Source: the human T2T-CHM13v2.0 reference genome, Homo sapiens
Strand: one strand, 5' to 3'
Assembly: GCF_009914755.1 (NCBI RefSeq)
Contig: NC_060926.1
DNA length: 64,000 nt
The notes beneath the pieces were generated by a model. The model made no database searches, was not told the origin of the DNA, and saw only the letters and a list, made by a program, of their open reading frames with translations. Positions 1 through 15,400 of this stretch are shown here, one piece after another. Made by a program: the position numbers and the translations under genes. Numbering within the stretch: the first letter of the stretch is position 1; every line of letters begins with the position of its first letter.

Positions 1-289
1 ATATATTTATCCATATTCTCCAAACTTCTACTTTTATGTTTTGTTCCAACAGTAGGCACACAGAGTACTGAACCTTCTAATCCAATTGCATTTTTTTTTT
101 TTTTTTGGTGTTTTCCTAGTTGCTTAGATTACCAAATCTGATTTAAACTTTGGATATTTTTATAAAGTGCTAAAATCTAAATTATACTATATAACTTATT
201 ATTAATGATATGATCCCTCTACTCATTTACAATGCAATAGAGACAATAAGATATATTTTCATAAATGTTAGCAAGAGTTATGTAAACGA

Positions 290-600
290 TACTGTTTTAG
301 GTGTTCCCGTTATCAATGTATTGCTTATCAGCTCCAAATTCCCTCTTCTTTGCTTTGTCACTAGTGGAGCTAAATCTTGTAAACCTTTCCCCTACCAGCT
401 GGCAAGATATTAAGATTGCTACTAGATGGAGCCTGCACTGCAGGAAAAAAAAGTGGGGGGGCTTCCCTTTCTGCTTTTTAAAAATCCTTACTTCTGCAAT
501 GTTTACCTGGCAAGCGGGATACCCAGACATGTATGGATAGTTTCCCAGAAAGTTCTGCAGGCAGTGTGGCCACTTCCCGTCAAGGTCAACAACACCTTCA
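290..600 (+). mobile_element. Old ERVL-type LTR fragment (LTR33-like)
   Basis: 'tcagctccaaattccctcttctttgctttgt...ggagctaaatcttgtaaacc...ccagctggc' resembles the LTR33 5' part as I recall it; boundaries approximate. Confidence 0.4.
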
Positions 601-614
601 GTGACTCACTTCTA

Positions 615-1225
<611 letters not shown>

Positions 1226-3699
1226 TTAGATACTTTCAACTTTTACCAGTAATTAGTTGTTGGCCTATTTGAGGAAGCCATTTAAACTCCCAATGCCTTC
1301 ATTTACTTGATTATGAAATTAGTTGCCAGAGTTTGGGTCTCTTCCAGCTTTTGGTTTTTAATGAATTTATAATAACAGAGCATTAACTCTGAAAATACAA
1401 TCTCAAGAAGATTTCATTAGTAGTAATATTGGAGAAAATTTATGATAGATATATAATTTTAATTTTCTTATAAAGTATTAATTGAAAAGCAGTGTTAGTC
1501 TGGATTTGCAGTTTTTACTTCTCAAAATTTAAACCCCATAGTGTTGGCAGACTAACAAAATAATTAGTGTCACATAACTCAGGGGCATTAGTGAAGTCAT
1601 TAACTGTGTAATGTCTTTTGCATTTCTACGTTGAAAAAAATGTGTCCAAATATATTTTATTGTGTTTTTTGCCACTTCATTGTCATGAATAGAAAGTTAT
1701 AGTTTCATAATAAATTAGTTTATTTTGTCCTTTTTGATAAATTAGTTCAAAATTATACTTTATGTTCTAAAAAAAGAAAAACCACAGCACAGATTTATCA
1801 TTAGCTCTGGTTAAAATTTAACTGCAATATAATGAAATGAAATGTTGCTTAATAAATTATTCATTGAAAGGGAGTTTATTTTAAAAACATATTTTTTCTC
1901 ATAGGAATCTCTGATTGGAAAATAAAAACTACATTAGCTGTAAGCTTACTCTGATATTTAAAGGTTTGCATAGTAAAAAGCCTTCAGCTTCTCCCTGTTC
2001 TGTCTAGAAAAGTATAAGTTTAAAGTATACCAAGTACAGTCCAAGAGTCAGAACAATGAAAAATAAAATACTTTATTAAGCCTCTATTGACTTAAGTGAT
2101 CTAAAGGTTTTCATTATTAGGTTAAAGGGTATAGATTACACCAAATTCAAATGCTTTAAGCAAATATTAGCTATCAGGTATCCTTAAAATCAATTGTCAT
2201 TAGGTAAGAAATAAAGAATCACATCAGATAAGATATTCATTGTAGACTAACTTGTGCAATTTTAGAAAATTAATTTATTCTGCTTTGGTTTGATTTGTAA
2301 AATAACAGAGAGACTTCTAGCCCTAAAGTTTACTGGTCCTATCATGATGGGCATTATGTTTCCTTTAAAAGTTTCTCTTTACATCAACTCTTGATTAAAC
2401 ATTATGTAGCTCATACTATTTAATCATTATTTTATTTGTTTAGTCCTACTCCCATGAGAACCCATTAAAATGATGGTAAATACATTTTAAAGGAATAAAT
2501 TACCATAAAAATGAGAATGAATGGGAAACACCGGGAGAATACCAATCAAGCACATTAGAAGACCTTGACAATGAGATTTAAAAATGGTCTCAGGATAAAA
2601 TAGGACAATCCACTTGTACCTAATGCTAGGAATATTTTCCATCTAATGGCACAGATATGTGTCATTGCCTTGGTAGAAAAGGTAATGCAACCATGGCACA
2701 TGACTCTTCTTTGAAATAAGCAGTATTTTTATACTCATAGTGATATAAACTCAGGCTTTGGTTTTTAATTATTAGGTTAAAATTATAAGCAAAATCTGCA
2801 GTACTTAATTATCATAAAATAGAATACAAATTTTTCTCAACTTTGAAAAAACTGACAGAAATGAGAGCATAGTGAGGGTAAGACGAGATGATGAAGGGAA
2901 GGGGAACATTAGTATTCTCATTATATAAGTGAGAAGTAAAGAATTAGAGGTTTTGCATGTTTGGAGTTGCAGAAGTGATCAGCTAAGACATAGTGGTGAT
3001 AACTGAGTAATAGATGGAGAAGCTGAAATTTAAATAAATTTAAGGTTGATATAGTTTTAAAAGTGTCGTAGGTATAGTCCTTAGAGCTATCAGAACAACC
3101 ACAAAGAAACCTAACATTGATTTTTGCTTTGCTTTGGTTTGATTTTTTAAAATAATGAATCTGGTGTGGGAAAGAGGCAGGACACAGAGTTTTATATTTG
3201 ATAAAACTGTAATTCAAATATGTATGTGAACCATGTCTTTTTGTCTTTTAAGTACCATATCTTAGATAGATGTTTAGTTGGATTCAGCTTTAAAAAATCA
3301 CTGTATTTCCATCTTATCTCCAGACCTAAATAGACATCATAACCCAGGTTACCACTGCCATCAAGTGGTGCCTTAGTGGCATTAAGTTGTAGAAAACCTT
3401 AAGTAACCAAAACAATCAAATCTATTTGAATGAAGAGAAATACTGTAACTTGCCTTCAGTTTGAATGGTGCCCGAATTACAATATCTAGAAATCTAAGAA
3501 TAACACTTACCCAAGAGCCTAAAACCATAGGACTTGCTCATGCTAAATGACCCTATTTTGTTCAGATTAACTTTGTTAACATAGAAAGCTGCATGTGAGA
3601 AATAATGATCTGATTAATATTAATCCTAATGGTAATATCTTGATTTAAATAATACTTTTTGTTTTTACAAATTTTCAAAGTTGAACAGTTAAACATATA

Positions 3700-3895
3700 T
3701 ATCCTGGAACCAGATTGCCCCACATGGATGGCTTCAAAACTTACAAAATGTATAATCTTTGGCAATTTATTAAAATTCTCTGTAGCTCAGTTTCCTTCTT
3801 TGGAAAATTGAAAAAAATACTACTCCTTACCTTGAATTATTATTGTAAAAGTCCATAAGTTAACATATGTGAAGAGCTTAGAACCATGCCCAGGA
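3700..3895 (+). mobile_element. MIR SINE fragment
   Basis: Core 'ctctgtagctcagtttccttctttggaaaattg' followed by 'gagcttagaaccatgccc'. Confidence 0.7.
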
Positions 3896-3951
3896 AAAGT
3901 GTCAGGTGTTTTTATATGAATCTCTAATTTAGCCTTTAAAAAAAATTTTTT

Positions 3952-5532
<1,581 letters not shown>

Positions 5533-6491
5533 TAAAAAACAAGTGAAGTTAGGACACTATGACTCTTCACTATTACTTATCATGTAAAAGATGAGAAAAC
5601 AGAACTACAGATTGTCTCTTTACCATGGTAAAGTTAGGAGCTCCAAACTAATCTGTGTTACAAAATGTAAAAAACCAATAAAGGATTACTCTAAACAAAG
5701 ACTGAAAACTTAGATTTCTGATGTAGAAAAATAATACATAATAATGACCACAAATGCGTTTTCCCTAATTACACTTGAAATATGCTTATATTTTGTGTTT
5801 TTTTCTATTTTGTACACATGATATATTTAATGAGGTATTTTAAATGAGGACTGAGTAAGCCCTTCCTCTGTGTTGCCTACGTTTTTCACACCCCCAACCA
5901 TTCCACCCTCACCCTAGCTTGTTTTGTTCTCACATAAAACTTTAAAATTTGATTAAGTAAAAATAATTGCTTTCAGATGACCTATTATGTTCCATAAGCT
6001 TTACATAGTTTATTTCATTTGATCTTTACAATAAAACTTGTACTACTGCCATCTCCACTTCTGTCTCCCCATACTTTTTTAAAGAAATAATCATCTTGAT
6101 GTAACTGAATAACTTAAGACATTGATATATGAGTGTTGCATTACAATTATATAACAACTATATAAAAAAATTTAAATAAGCAACTGAAAGGCATAAATAA
6201 AACATACTCTTTGGTATTTTCAATTGTTCCTGTGACTACTACCTTATGAATAACCACTCTAGGCTGCTGAAGAATGAGACACGTCATCACCATCATCCCA
6301 GCTAACACCTATCCAACTGCTAGACACATGAATGAGGCTATTTAGGTGATTTTTACTCAATATTTCTATTATTTATGCCAATAAGAGTGACAGTACCCTG
6401 TAAAGAAGCTACTATGCAATGGGACCCAGAGTTTTTTTAGCGCTAAAACGACATTTTAACAGGTGAAACCTAAAGCTGTATAGCATCTATT

Positions 6492-6510
6492 TGACCTGTA
6501 GAGGGCACCA
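6492..6510 (+). promoter_or_regulatory. Candidate CTCF site
   Basis: TGACCTGTAGAGGGCACCA fits the CTCF core CC[AT][CG][CT]AG[AG][GT]GGC[AG] at all key positions; lies in non-repeat sequence. Confidence 0.55.
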
Positions 6511-7009
6511 GCGGCCCAGACAGCAGAATTAATTGCATTTCATTCGGTTTAGACTTGGAAATAAAAACTCTCCTTGCCCTGCACACTCGCTGTGGATTGT
6601 CGATGCCAGTGAAAGCCAGCATTAACACTCCCCTGGAGATTTCAGCATGCCATCTCATGGCTGAGTTTCAGATGGGGCCTCAAATTCATATAATTTAGTT
6701 CTATTAAAAGCTTTGCAAATTATTAAGATTATTTTTTATCCTAATAAAAGATAAACAGTTTTTAGAAAATTAGGATACAATCCAAATTCTAAAAATTATT
6801 AAATCATTTGTAGTGTCATAATAGAAAAACACTCAGAATAGTGAAGCTTCATTATTCAGTCTAGCTAAAAAACCTGTTCACCTGAATTAGCAAAAAAGTT
6901 CCAATTTTTCTGTAAATACATTTCTTCCTAATTAAGTTAATATCCCTTGATTCATTCAAGTTATTTCCTTAAAAAGGTATATTAAGTTTAAAAGCAAAAC
7001 AGACCAAAT

Positions 7010-7230
7010 GCATGGCCTTTGCTATCAAACCCCCCTAGCCCAAATCTCACCTCTGTCACTAGTTAGCTGGGTGTCAGAGGTCACTTCTCTTAGCCTCAGT
7101 TCCTTTATCTGTAAATAAGAAAAATAAAAATACTTGCTTTATATTATTGTGAAAATTAAATTAGACAATGTGTAAAAATGCTTAGCACAATGTAAGTGCA
7201 TACAGTCTTGGCAAACAATGATTCCATTAC
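7010..7230 (+). mobile_element. MIR SINE
   Basis: 'gcctcagttcctttatctgtaaataag...attattgtgaaaattaaattagacaatgtgtaaaaatgcttagcacaa'. Confidence 0.8.
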
Positions 7231-8229
7231 TGAATAGATACTATTAAGTTGTTATTAGCTTATTAATAGTTTTTGTATCGTGCTTGCTGCAAGGAAAATA
7301 ATTTCTCTGACATGTCAATACACTAATATTTAAATTAATGTATACAGTTTCTAGGAAATCCTCAGCCACATTTACTTTTGTCTTGGAGATTCACTTTTAG
7401 TCAAAGAAGAAAATATTCTTAGGGCTAGTGAAGAGGGTAGCTACTAAAACATGCATTTTCAAACATATTTTTAGATATTAAATAGAAATTTGTTCCCTTG
7501 AAATTTTGGAAGCTTAATTCTTGCAATGTTATAAGTAATTAGGTGGCTATAAAGATAATTCATTAATTGAATATAAACAGCTTAATTTTTGTCTGAATTA
7601 GGCAAAAGTATGAATTGCAAAACTTTTATCAAGTTTGAAGAAATCTATTATTAAAATAAGAATATGGAACAAGAGGCATTTAGGCTTGAGTTCAAAGTAA
7701 TAATCATGAAATGAGAAAAAGAAAGATATCCTATAATCACAAATGAAGATAAATCATACCTGTCAATAGTATTTATACATCAAGTTACAGATCATTAAAA
7801 TAATAAAAGAAAACTGCAAGAAATATGAGTGGAAATAGATAGGGACACAATTAATCCTCACATGTGTAGGGATAAAATTAATCCTCAGATGTGTAGAATC
7901 CTCACATCTATAAGCTCAGACACGGAAGTATACAAAAAATACAGACTATAAATAAAAAATAACTAAGTAGGTCTTAGAGAGATACATCCAAATCAATACC
8001 TTGAAAATTAACTGGCCTATTTATTGACCATTCACTGCAAAATAAATTGCTAATAAATGTCAAAAAGTAATTTTATGTTCATTATTATTGTTGTTGATAA
8101 TAGTAACAATACTATAACCTAGAAATAAAATTTGCAGTTAACATATAAGACCTACATAAAAGAAAAATTTAAAAACAATTGAATGGCTTGAAGAAAACAT
8201 ATACTTTGAAATTTTCAGTTGTCTCTGTC

Positions 8230-8480
8230 AGCACTATGCTGTGAAAAGCTCAGGCTAGAGCTTTTCTGGAGAATGAAGACATAGCATCACCTTCACCCAG
8301 CTAACATCTAGTCAATGATAAAGCTATAGATTATGAAGCTATTCTTGACAATCCAGGCCTAGATGAGCTGCCAGCTGACCACAGAATTACCGTGCAGCTG
8401 ACCCAAGAAAATAATAAATATTTGCTGTTGTAAGCCACTGAGATTTTGGCCAGGTTATTATACCACAAATTATGATACTT
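8230..8480 (+). mobile_element. MLT1 (ERVL-MaLR) LTR fragment
   Basis: 3' signature 'aataaatatttgctgttgtaagccactgagattttgg'; a related piece lies at about 6260-6345. Confidence 0.6.
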
Positions 8481-9214
8481 CCTCTTAGGCAAGAGCCAAG
8501 ACAAGCTCAAGCTGGCTTTCTCTTGACATGGCCCACAACAGGTACAGTAGAGGAGAAAATTACACAATTTTGCCTTGTTCCATTGAGAGTGTAGGATGGT
8601 TCTGAGGCAACAGCAGCCTCTTTCTTATCATCTCCAGAAAGCCAGCCCAGGCCTTGCCTTCTGAGTTTCTCAGGCATGAGTTACTCAAATATGGTGGTAG
8701 TAAGGATAATAGATTAAGCTCACCAGCTCGGCTTCCTCCAAACCCTTTCTCTTGTCAGAAAGAAAAAGAAAGCATCTTGACTTTTGCTGTCAGGAAGAAT
8801 CATAGAATACCAATACTCTACCCACAAATCCTCTTTGGATTTCCAATCATTTTTTCTTAGCTTATCCAAGATCTGTTTAGATATTAGAGGTGGATGGTCA
8901 GCCAATGATGGAAACGAATATTCTGCTACCTTCTCTTTTAAGTCTCACATCTCACTATGGACTGTGCATCTACCATTTTGATGCCTTGGAGAAAATTGAG
9001 TCTAAAGAAATTTCACTGCAATGTCTTTTTATCCTGAATTTATAGAATCTTTGCATGAGGCAGTCCTTTTGCAATTTGGTTTGAAAGGCAGATGCTTTAC
9101 ATGGATGTTATGTAATGTTGTGTTATTTATTCTTCCTACTTTAATCTAGTATTGCCTCTAATATTCGTCTTTTCAAGGTCCCAAGAACCTCCATACTACT
9201 AAATCCACTTTGCC

Positions 9215-9330
9215 TTTCTTTCTTTCTTTTTCTTTCTTTCTTTCTCTTTCTTTCTTTCTTTCTTCTTTCTTTCTTTCCCTTTCTTTCTTTCCTTCCTTCC
9301 TTCTTCTTTCTTTTTTCTTTCTTTTTTTTT
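9215..9330. repeat. (CTTT)n/(CCTT)n microsatellite derived from the Alu tail
   Basis: About 115 bp pyrimidine tetranucleotide array between the Alu body and its left TSD. Confidence 0.95.
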
Positions 9331-9615
9331 GGCAAAGTGTCGCTGTGTTGCCCAGGCTGGAGTGTAGTGGCATGATCTCGGCTCACTGAAACCTCCGCCT
9401 CCTGGGTTCAAGCGATTCTCCTGCCTCAGCCTCCCAAGTAGTTGGAACTACAGGCAACAGGCACCCGCCATCACTCCCTGCTAATATTTGTATTTTTAGT
9501 AGAGAGGGGTTTTCACTATGTTGGCCAGGCTGGTCTTGAACTCCTGACCTCGTGATCCGCCTTCGTCAGCCTCCCAAAGTGCTGAGATTACAGGCATGAG
9601 CCACCACACCTGGCC
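9215..9615 (-). mobile_element. AluS (Sg-like)
   Basis: Reverse Alu ending ...cacacctggcc at 9615; TSD ccactttgcc at 9205-9214 and 9616-9625, followed by TTTT/AA. Confidence 0.95.
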
Positions 9616-9629
9616 CCACTTTGCCATTT

Positions 9630-10430
9630 TTAATCCTCTTGTTAGTGGACATCTCAGGAGCATTGTACATGATAGAAACATTTTTTGTACTTGGTTTCCA
9701 GAGCACGATATGATCCTGGTTTTCCTCCTATCTTATAAGCTGATTTTGCTCATTTTTTTTTTTGGTTCAATTTACCTTGTCTTCTGGATCTCTAATTAAC
9801 TTTAATGTCTAAGTGATCTCAACCAGCAACATGACTTAAATACCATCTATACACTAAAGAGTCTCAAATGTATGTCCTGCTCTGTCTTTTCCCCCTGGTT
9901 TGCATATTCAGTTGCCTACTTGACATCTCCACTTGGCTGTCTCATAGTCATTTTAGATATAATATGTCAAATACAACCTGATCCACTCCTGTAAACCTAT
10001 TCTTCACTTTTTCTTCCACATCTTAGTAAACAATACTGCCATTCACACAGTTGCTCACGCCAAACTTTTGACATCATCTGTGAGGCTTCTCTTTCTCTCT
10101 ACTCCATCATTTTCTTAGTAAATTTTAACAAATTTCTTCTTTTAAAGCAAATATAACTGTCTCTTACCAATTTCCTACCTACCTCCCTAATCTAGGTCAC
10201 TATTATCTCACACCCACATGACTGCAATAGCTTCCTATCTGCCACTACCACTCTCAGAGACTGACCATGTCACTTCCCTGCTAAAAATATTCCAATAATC
10301 TTCTTTAATATAGAGAAAAAAACAACACAAATTTCTCTACAGCTTTTAGTTTATGCATATTCTGATCAGTGGCTACCTAGTCAATCTCATTTTCTTCTAC
10401 TTTCCTCTTGCTCACTCTCTTTTGACCTTT
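9630..10430 (+). mobile_element. L2 LINE fragment
   Basis: L2 motifs 'gttgcctacttgacatctccacttggctgtctc', 'gactgcaatagcttcc', 'gaccatgtcacttccctgct'. Confidence 0.8.
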
Positions 10431-11239
10431 TTCTGTGAGAAAAGCAGAGAAATCACTTTATAGAGTATGACACCATTTATGAAAATGAACACTTACACAC
10501 AGACAAAAGCAAAGCTATTGTCTTTAGATGTGCAGATAGGTATATAGGTATAGAAGTAACAGGGAAAATGTCTGGAAGGGTAAAGACAAAACTGATTGCA
10601 ATGGTTCCCTCTAGCAATGGAATTTCCCAGGGCCAGAAAAGTCATCAAGATGTAACTTAGCTTTTTATATAGCATTGAATTTTTTAACAAAAAGAATGTG
10701 CTCATGCATTACTATTATAACAATTTCTAGTTTAAAAGGAAAAATTACTTTTGAGGAATATTATAAAGGCTATTTGCCTTCTTTAATAAAATTTAATTTT
10801 CCATTCTATGTAAACTCCAAAGACAAAGGGACTATGGACAAGAGACTTTCAGTGTTTTCCCCATCATATTCATTTGTATTCCTATCTTTCATTTAGAACA
10901 AACTTTGGCTAATATACAGAATATACTCCAGTCTTTAATAATTAATGTTACAAAATACAAAGTAAAAACTGTGACATGTGGAATTAAACATGTCAGCTTT
11001 ACATTTCACATACTGGTCACACTCATACCTGAAATCTGGACAGGTTTATTCACAGGATCTACCTTAATTCATTGCCATCAAAGTTAAACCAGAAGCCTTT
11101 TAACTTCTCACTAATATGTTCCTTAGGAAATAGTATCAATATATGTTCCTTAGGAAATTCAAAACATACCCATTCAACTGCTTCCCTTCTCACTCTGCTG
11201 CAAGAGGAACTTGATCAAGAAGATCAAGTTGAGGTCTGA

Positions 11240-11593
<354 letters not shown>

Positions 11594-12507
11594 ATCCTGC
11601 TCAGAATTCTTAAAAGAGCCATATCCATAATCTCTCAGCAACAACTACTCAGAGGCTGCAACCTCGTTTGACTGCTCTATATCTGGGCATCAGGGCACTG
11701 GAAGGGATAAGAAATTATCCTTATATCTGCTCATATTTACATAAAGAAACTCTAGAAGATTACACAAAATACTAATAATCACATATTTCTTTGGGGATGA
11801 GAACTAAGACAATGTGTAACAGAAATGTATGAGACTTTTTGGAATCCTACAAACATGCCTGTTCAAAAATATTTAAATAAATGCTGTTATTATAAATAAC
11901 AAGCAGTATAATGAAGAAAACTAAATTGAATATAATGAAACTCGATGACAGCTACTGTGGTCAATAAAAATGCAGATTTTGGAAATATTTTTGCCTCTGG
12001 TAAAGTTTTGGTAAGAGAAAGCATAGATGCATATGCCTGCTCTGTCAGTTCAGAAGAGTTCACATCCTTATGATAATTTGCCTGAAATTTATAGATTTAA
12101 CTGATTTCCTGGGTGAATTCCAGATTCAGTACCTACTTTAAAACATTCCATTAGTTGTAAAGCAAAATTAATGTTCTAAAAGAAAGTCTCTTCCATTGCA
12201 GAATTGCTGATATATTCATTTCTCCTATGTATGTCTCTGCTCCTCAGTTATGTTTCTCCTGCAATAAATTTAAAAGGGAACTCATCCCACCTTCAAAATT
12301 TAAAAAAAATAATAATTACACATAAGTTTGCTGTATTCCATAAAATTCCTTAATATTAGTAAATTTCTTTTTTTTTTTTTTTTAACATTGGAGGACTGGG
12401 TCCCCCAACTCTGAAAAACAAGTAGAGTTGAGATGGAACTGAACTTTTCTGTACTGTTTCACTACATGAGAGAAGGCTTAAGAGTTTTGTTAGAGTTTCT
12501 TGATTAT

Positions 12508-12870
12508 TATGCTAGGTTGGGTTCCCCAGAAGCAGATCTTATGAAGAGAACCTGTGTACACGTATGGTTTTTAAGGAAGTGTTTCCTAGAAGTGTGAGTC
12601 ATAAGAGAGGTGAGGGTGTGGTCTCTGGAAAATTTCCAGCTTGGGGAGCTCCAATTCGATTCTGCAGGGGAGACTCTGAAGCATGAGGTACCCCTCAGAG
12701 TTGTCCACATCTGAGAGTACAGAACTGAAATTTAAGGTTCCCACATGAGGGTGGTGGGTCACATAAACTAGGTCTAGGTCAGTCTGCTGAAGAAGAGCCC
12801 TAGGTCTGACCATTGAAAATACACTGAGAAACAAGAAACAAGGAGTAGAAAGTGCTTGGAGAAAGGGGCC
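12508..12870 (-). mobile_element. LTR16-family (ERVL) LTR fragment
   Basis: 'ctaggttgggttccccagaagcaga' matches the reverse-complemented LTR16 terminus as I recall it. Confidence 0.55.
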
Positions 12871-13119
12871 AGGGAAGGGAAGGAAGGTACAGAAATGTAC
12901 AAAGGGATTAGGAATCAGAGTGGAGCTTCAACATTTCCTGATGCGATTTTTCATCAGATCTTAATTGCAGATTCAGGATTTACTTATGTACAATCTGTGT
13001 ACAGACCCAAGACTCTTAGGTTTTTTCTAATTGCTTTTATACCTAATATAACTAGAATTCCTTTAATTTGACAGATCAAATCACAAACCTAATATGAAAG
13101 AAACTGTCCTAGCATCTCT

Positions 13120-14548
13120 ATTTTTACATAATTTTAGTTTTATTAACAAACAATAATTGTATATATCTTTGAGGTAAAATGTGATGCTTCAATACATGTA
13201 TATATTATGGAATGAGCAAATCAGGCTAATAACATATCCATCAGTTCACATATTTATCATTTTTTATAGCGAAAACATTTAAAATCCATTTTTAAGCAAT
13301 TTTGAAATATGCAACATATAATAATTAACTGTATTCACCATGCTGTGCAATAAATCATTAGAACTTTTTCTTCTCACCTAATTGAAATTTTGTACTCTTT
13401 TACCAACATCCCCCTGACAGCCCCTGCCTCAGACCCTGGTAATCACCATTGTAATCTCTACTTCTATAAATTCAAATGTTTAGATTCCACATATAAGTGA
13501 GATCGTGCTATACCTTTCTTTCCATGCCTGATTAATTTCACTTAGCATAATGTCCTCTGAATTCATACACATTGTCACAAGTGACAGAATTTATTTCTTT
13601 TTTAAGGATGAATAGTATTCCACTATTAGGATATACCACAGTTTTAATCCATTTATTTGTTGATGGGCACTTAAGATTGTTTCCAAATCTTGACAATTGT
13701 GAATAATATTACAATGAACACAGGAATGCAGATATCTCTTCAACATACTGATTTCAATTCCTTTGGTTATGTACCAAAGGAAATTGAATATGAAAATTTT
13801 ATTTCTAATTCTCCACATCCTCACCAACACTTGTTTATCAAAGAGGTGGAAAATCTATATACTAAAAACTATAAAACATCAGTGGAATAAATTGGAGATG
13901 AAACAAATAAATGGAAAAATATTTCATGTTCATGGATTGGAAGATCCTACTACTGCCCAAAGCAACACACAGATTCAATACAATCTCTATCAAAATTCCA
14001 ATGTCATTCTTCACAGAAATAGAAAAGAAAAATTCTAAAATAAGTATTGAAGCACAAAAGATGTCAAATTGTCAAAGAAATCTAGGGAAAAAAATCTGAA
14101 GGCATGACACTATGCGACTTCAAAATGTACTACAAAGTTATAATAATCAAAAGAGCATTGTATGGGCATAAAAACAGATGCACCCACCAATGAAACAGGA
14201 TAAACAGTTCAGAATTAAACTCATGCATTATGGTGAACTGATTTTCTACAAAGAGGCCAAGACTATACAGGAGAAAAAGGCAGTCTCTTCAATAAATGAT
14301 TCTGGAAAAACTTGCTGTCCACATGCAGAAGAATGAAACTGGACCCTTGTCTCACACTTTTTACAAGAATTAATTCAAAATGGATTGAAGACTTCAATAT
14401 AAAACATGAAATTGTAAAACTACTAGAATAAAACATAAAGGGAAATCTACACAGCATAGGTGTGGGCAATGACTTCTTGCATATAACCTCAAAAGCGCAG
14501 GTAACAAAAGCAAAAATATACAAACGAGACTGCATCAAACTAAAAAGC
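13120..14548 (-). mobile_element. L1MA-type element with probable 5' inversion
   Basis: Minus-strand L1MA 3'UTR/ORF2 end about 13120-13839, abutting plus-strand ORF2 about 13840-14548 (ORF ...RFNTISIKIPMSFFTEIEKK). Confidence 0.8.
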
Positions 14549-14599
14549 AAAAATAATTGGATTTTAACACATCAATAGTAAGAATGTCTGATCATTGAC

Positions 14600-15400
14600 C
14601 TGAACCACAGAGAAGGTTAAGAGACTAATGATAGTCTGAGAAAAGATATTTGTGATACCTAAAGCTGATTGAGGATCATCATGTAGAATACACAAGGAAT
14701 TTAAAAAGAAATAGATTGATAGAAAAATATATGAAAAAACAATATACCAGAGGAGAAATTTGGTTGCTAAGAAGCATGTGAAGTGATATCCATCTTCATC
14801 AGTAATCAGAGGAATTCATATTTATTTAAACAAGAAAATGCTCTAAAAACATCAAATCAGCATAAAGTTAAAATCAGAACTTATAAAATGTTGGTAAGTA
14901 TGTAGAGAAATGTAACCCATCATGCCCTGCAGGTAGAAGTATATCTGATATTAAAAAGCCGTCTGGCAGTATCAATGATGCCAAATCCACTGATAGACTA
15001 CAACTCAATGACCTCTCTTTAAGAATTATACCCCAGAGTAAAAATTGCACAGGTTGACACAGTTGTATTTTTGAGGCTATGGGGAGTCACAGGCAATCTT
15101 GGTGTCCATAAGAAAATGCATACATAAACTGTGGTGATTAAGCACCAGGAAATACTCTGCAACAATTAGAGCCAATTAATGCTTGTACAGCAATATAGTT
15201 AATGTTAGGTAAAAAAGGCTGAGAAGGATAATGAAATTTATAGCAACATATACTTTATATATTGAAAACATACATATACAAAATAACACTGCATATTGTG
15301 CAAGGTCATGTATGTACCCAAGATAATGCTATGGCAGCAGGGTAGTAGAAGTAGAGAAAGGAACAAAGTTGAAAATAAAATTAAACAAATGACCTTCCAC
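14600..15400 (+). mobile_element. Highly diverged L1M(E) 3' fragment
   Basis: Degenerate 'agaagcatgtgaagtgatatccatcttcatcagtaatcagagg', 'aaatgttggtaagtatgtagagaaa'. Confidence 0.55.

Noticed and set aside
9141-9411. Lys/Arg/Glu-rich ORFs
   Set aside because: Translation of the (AAAG)n Alu tail
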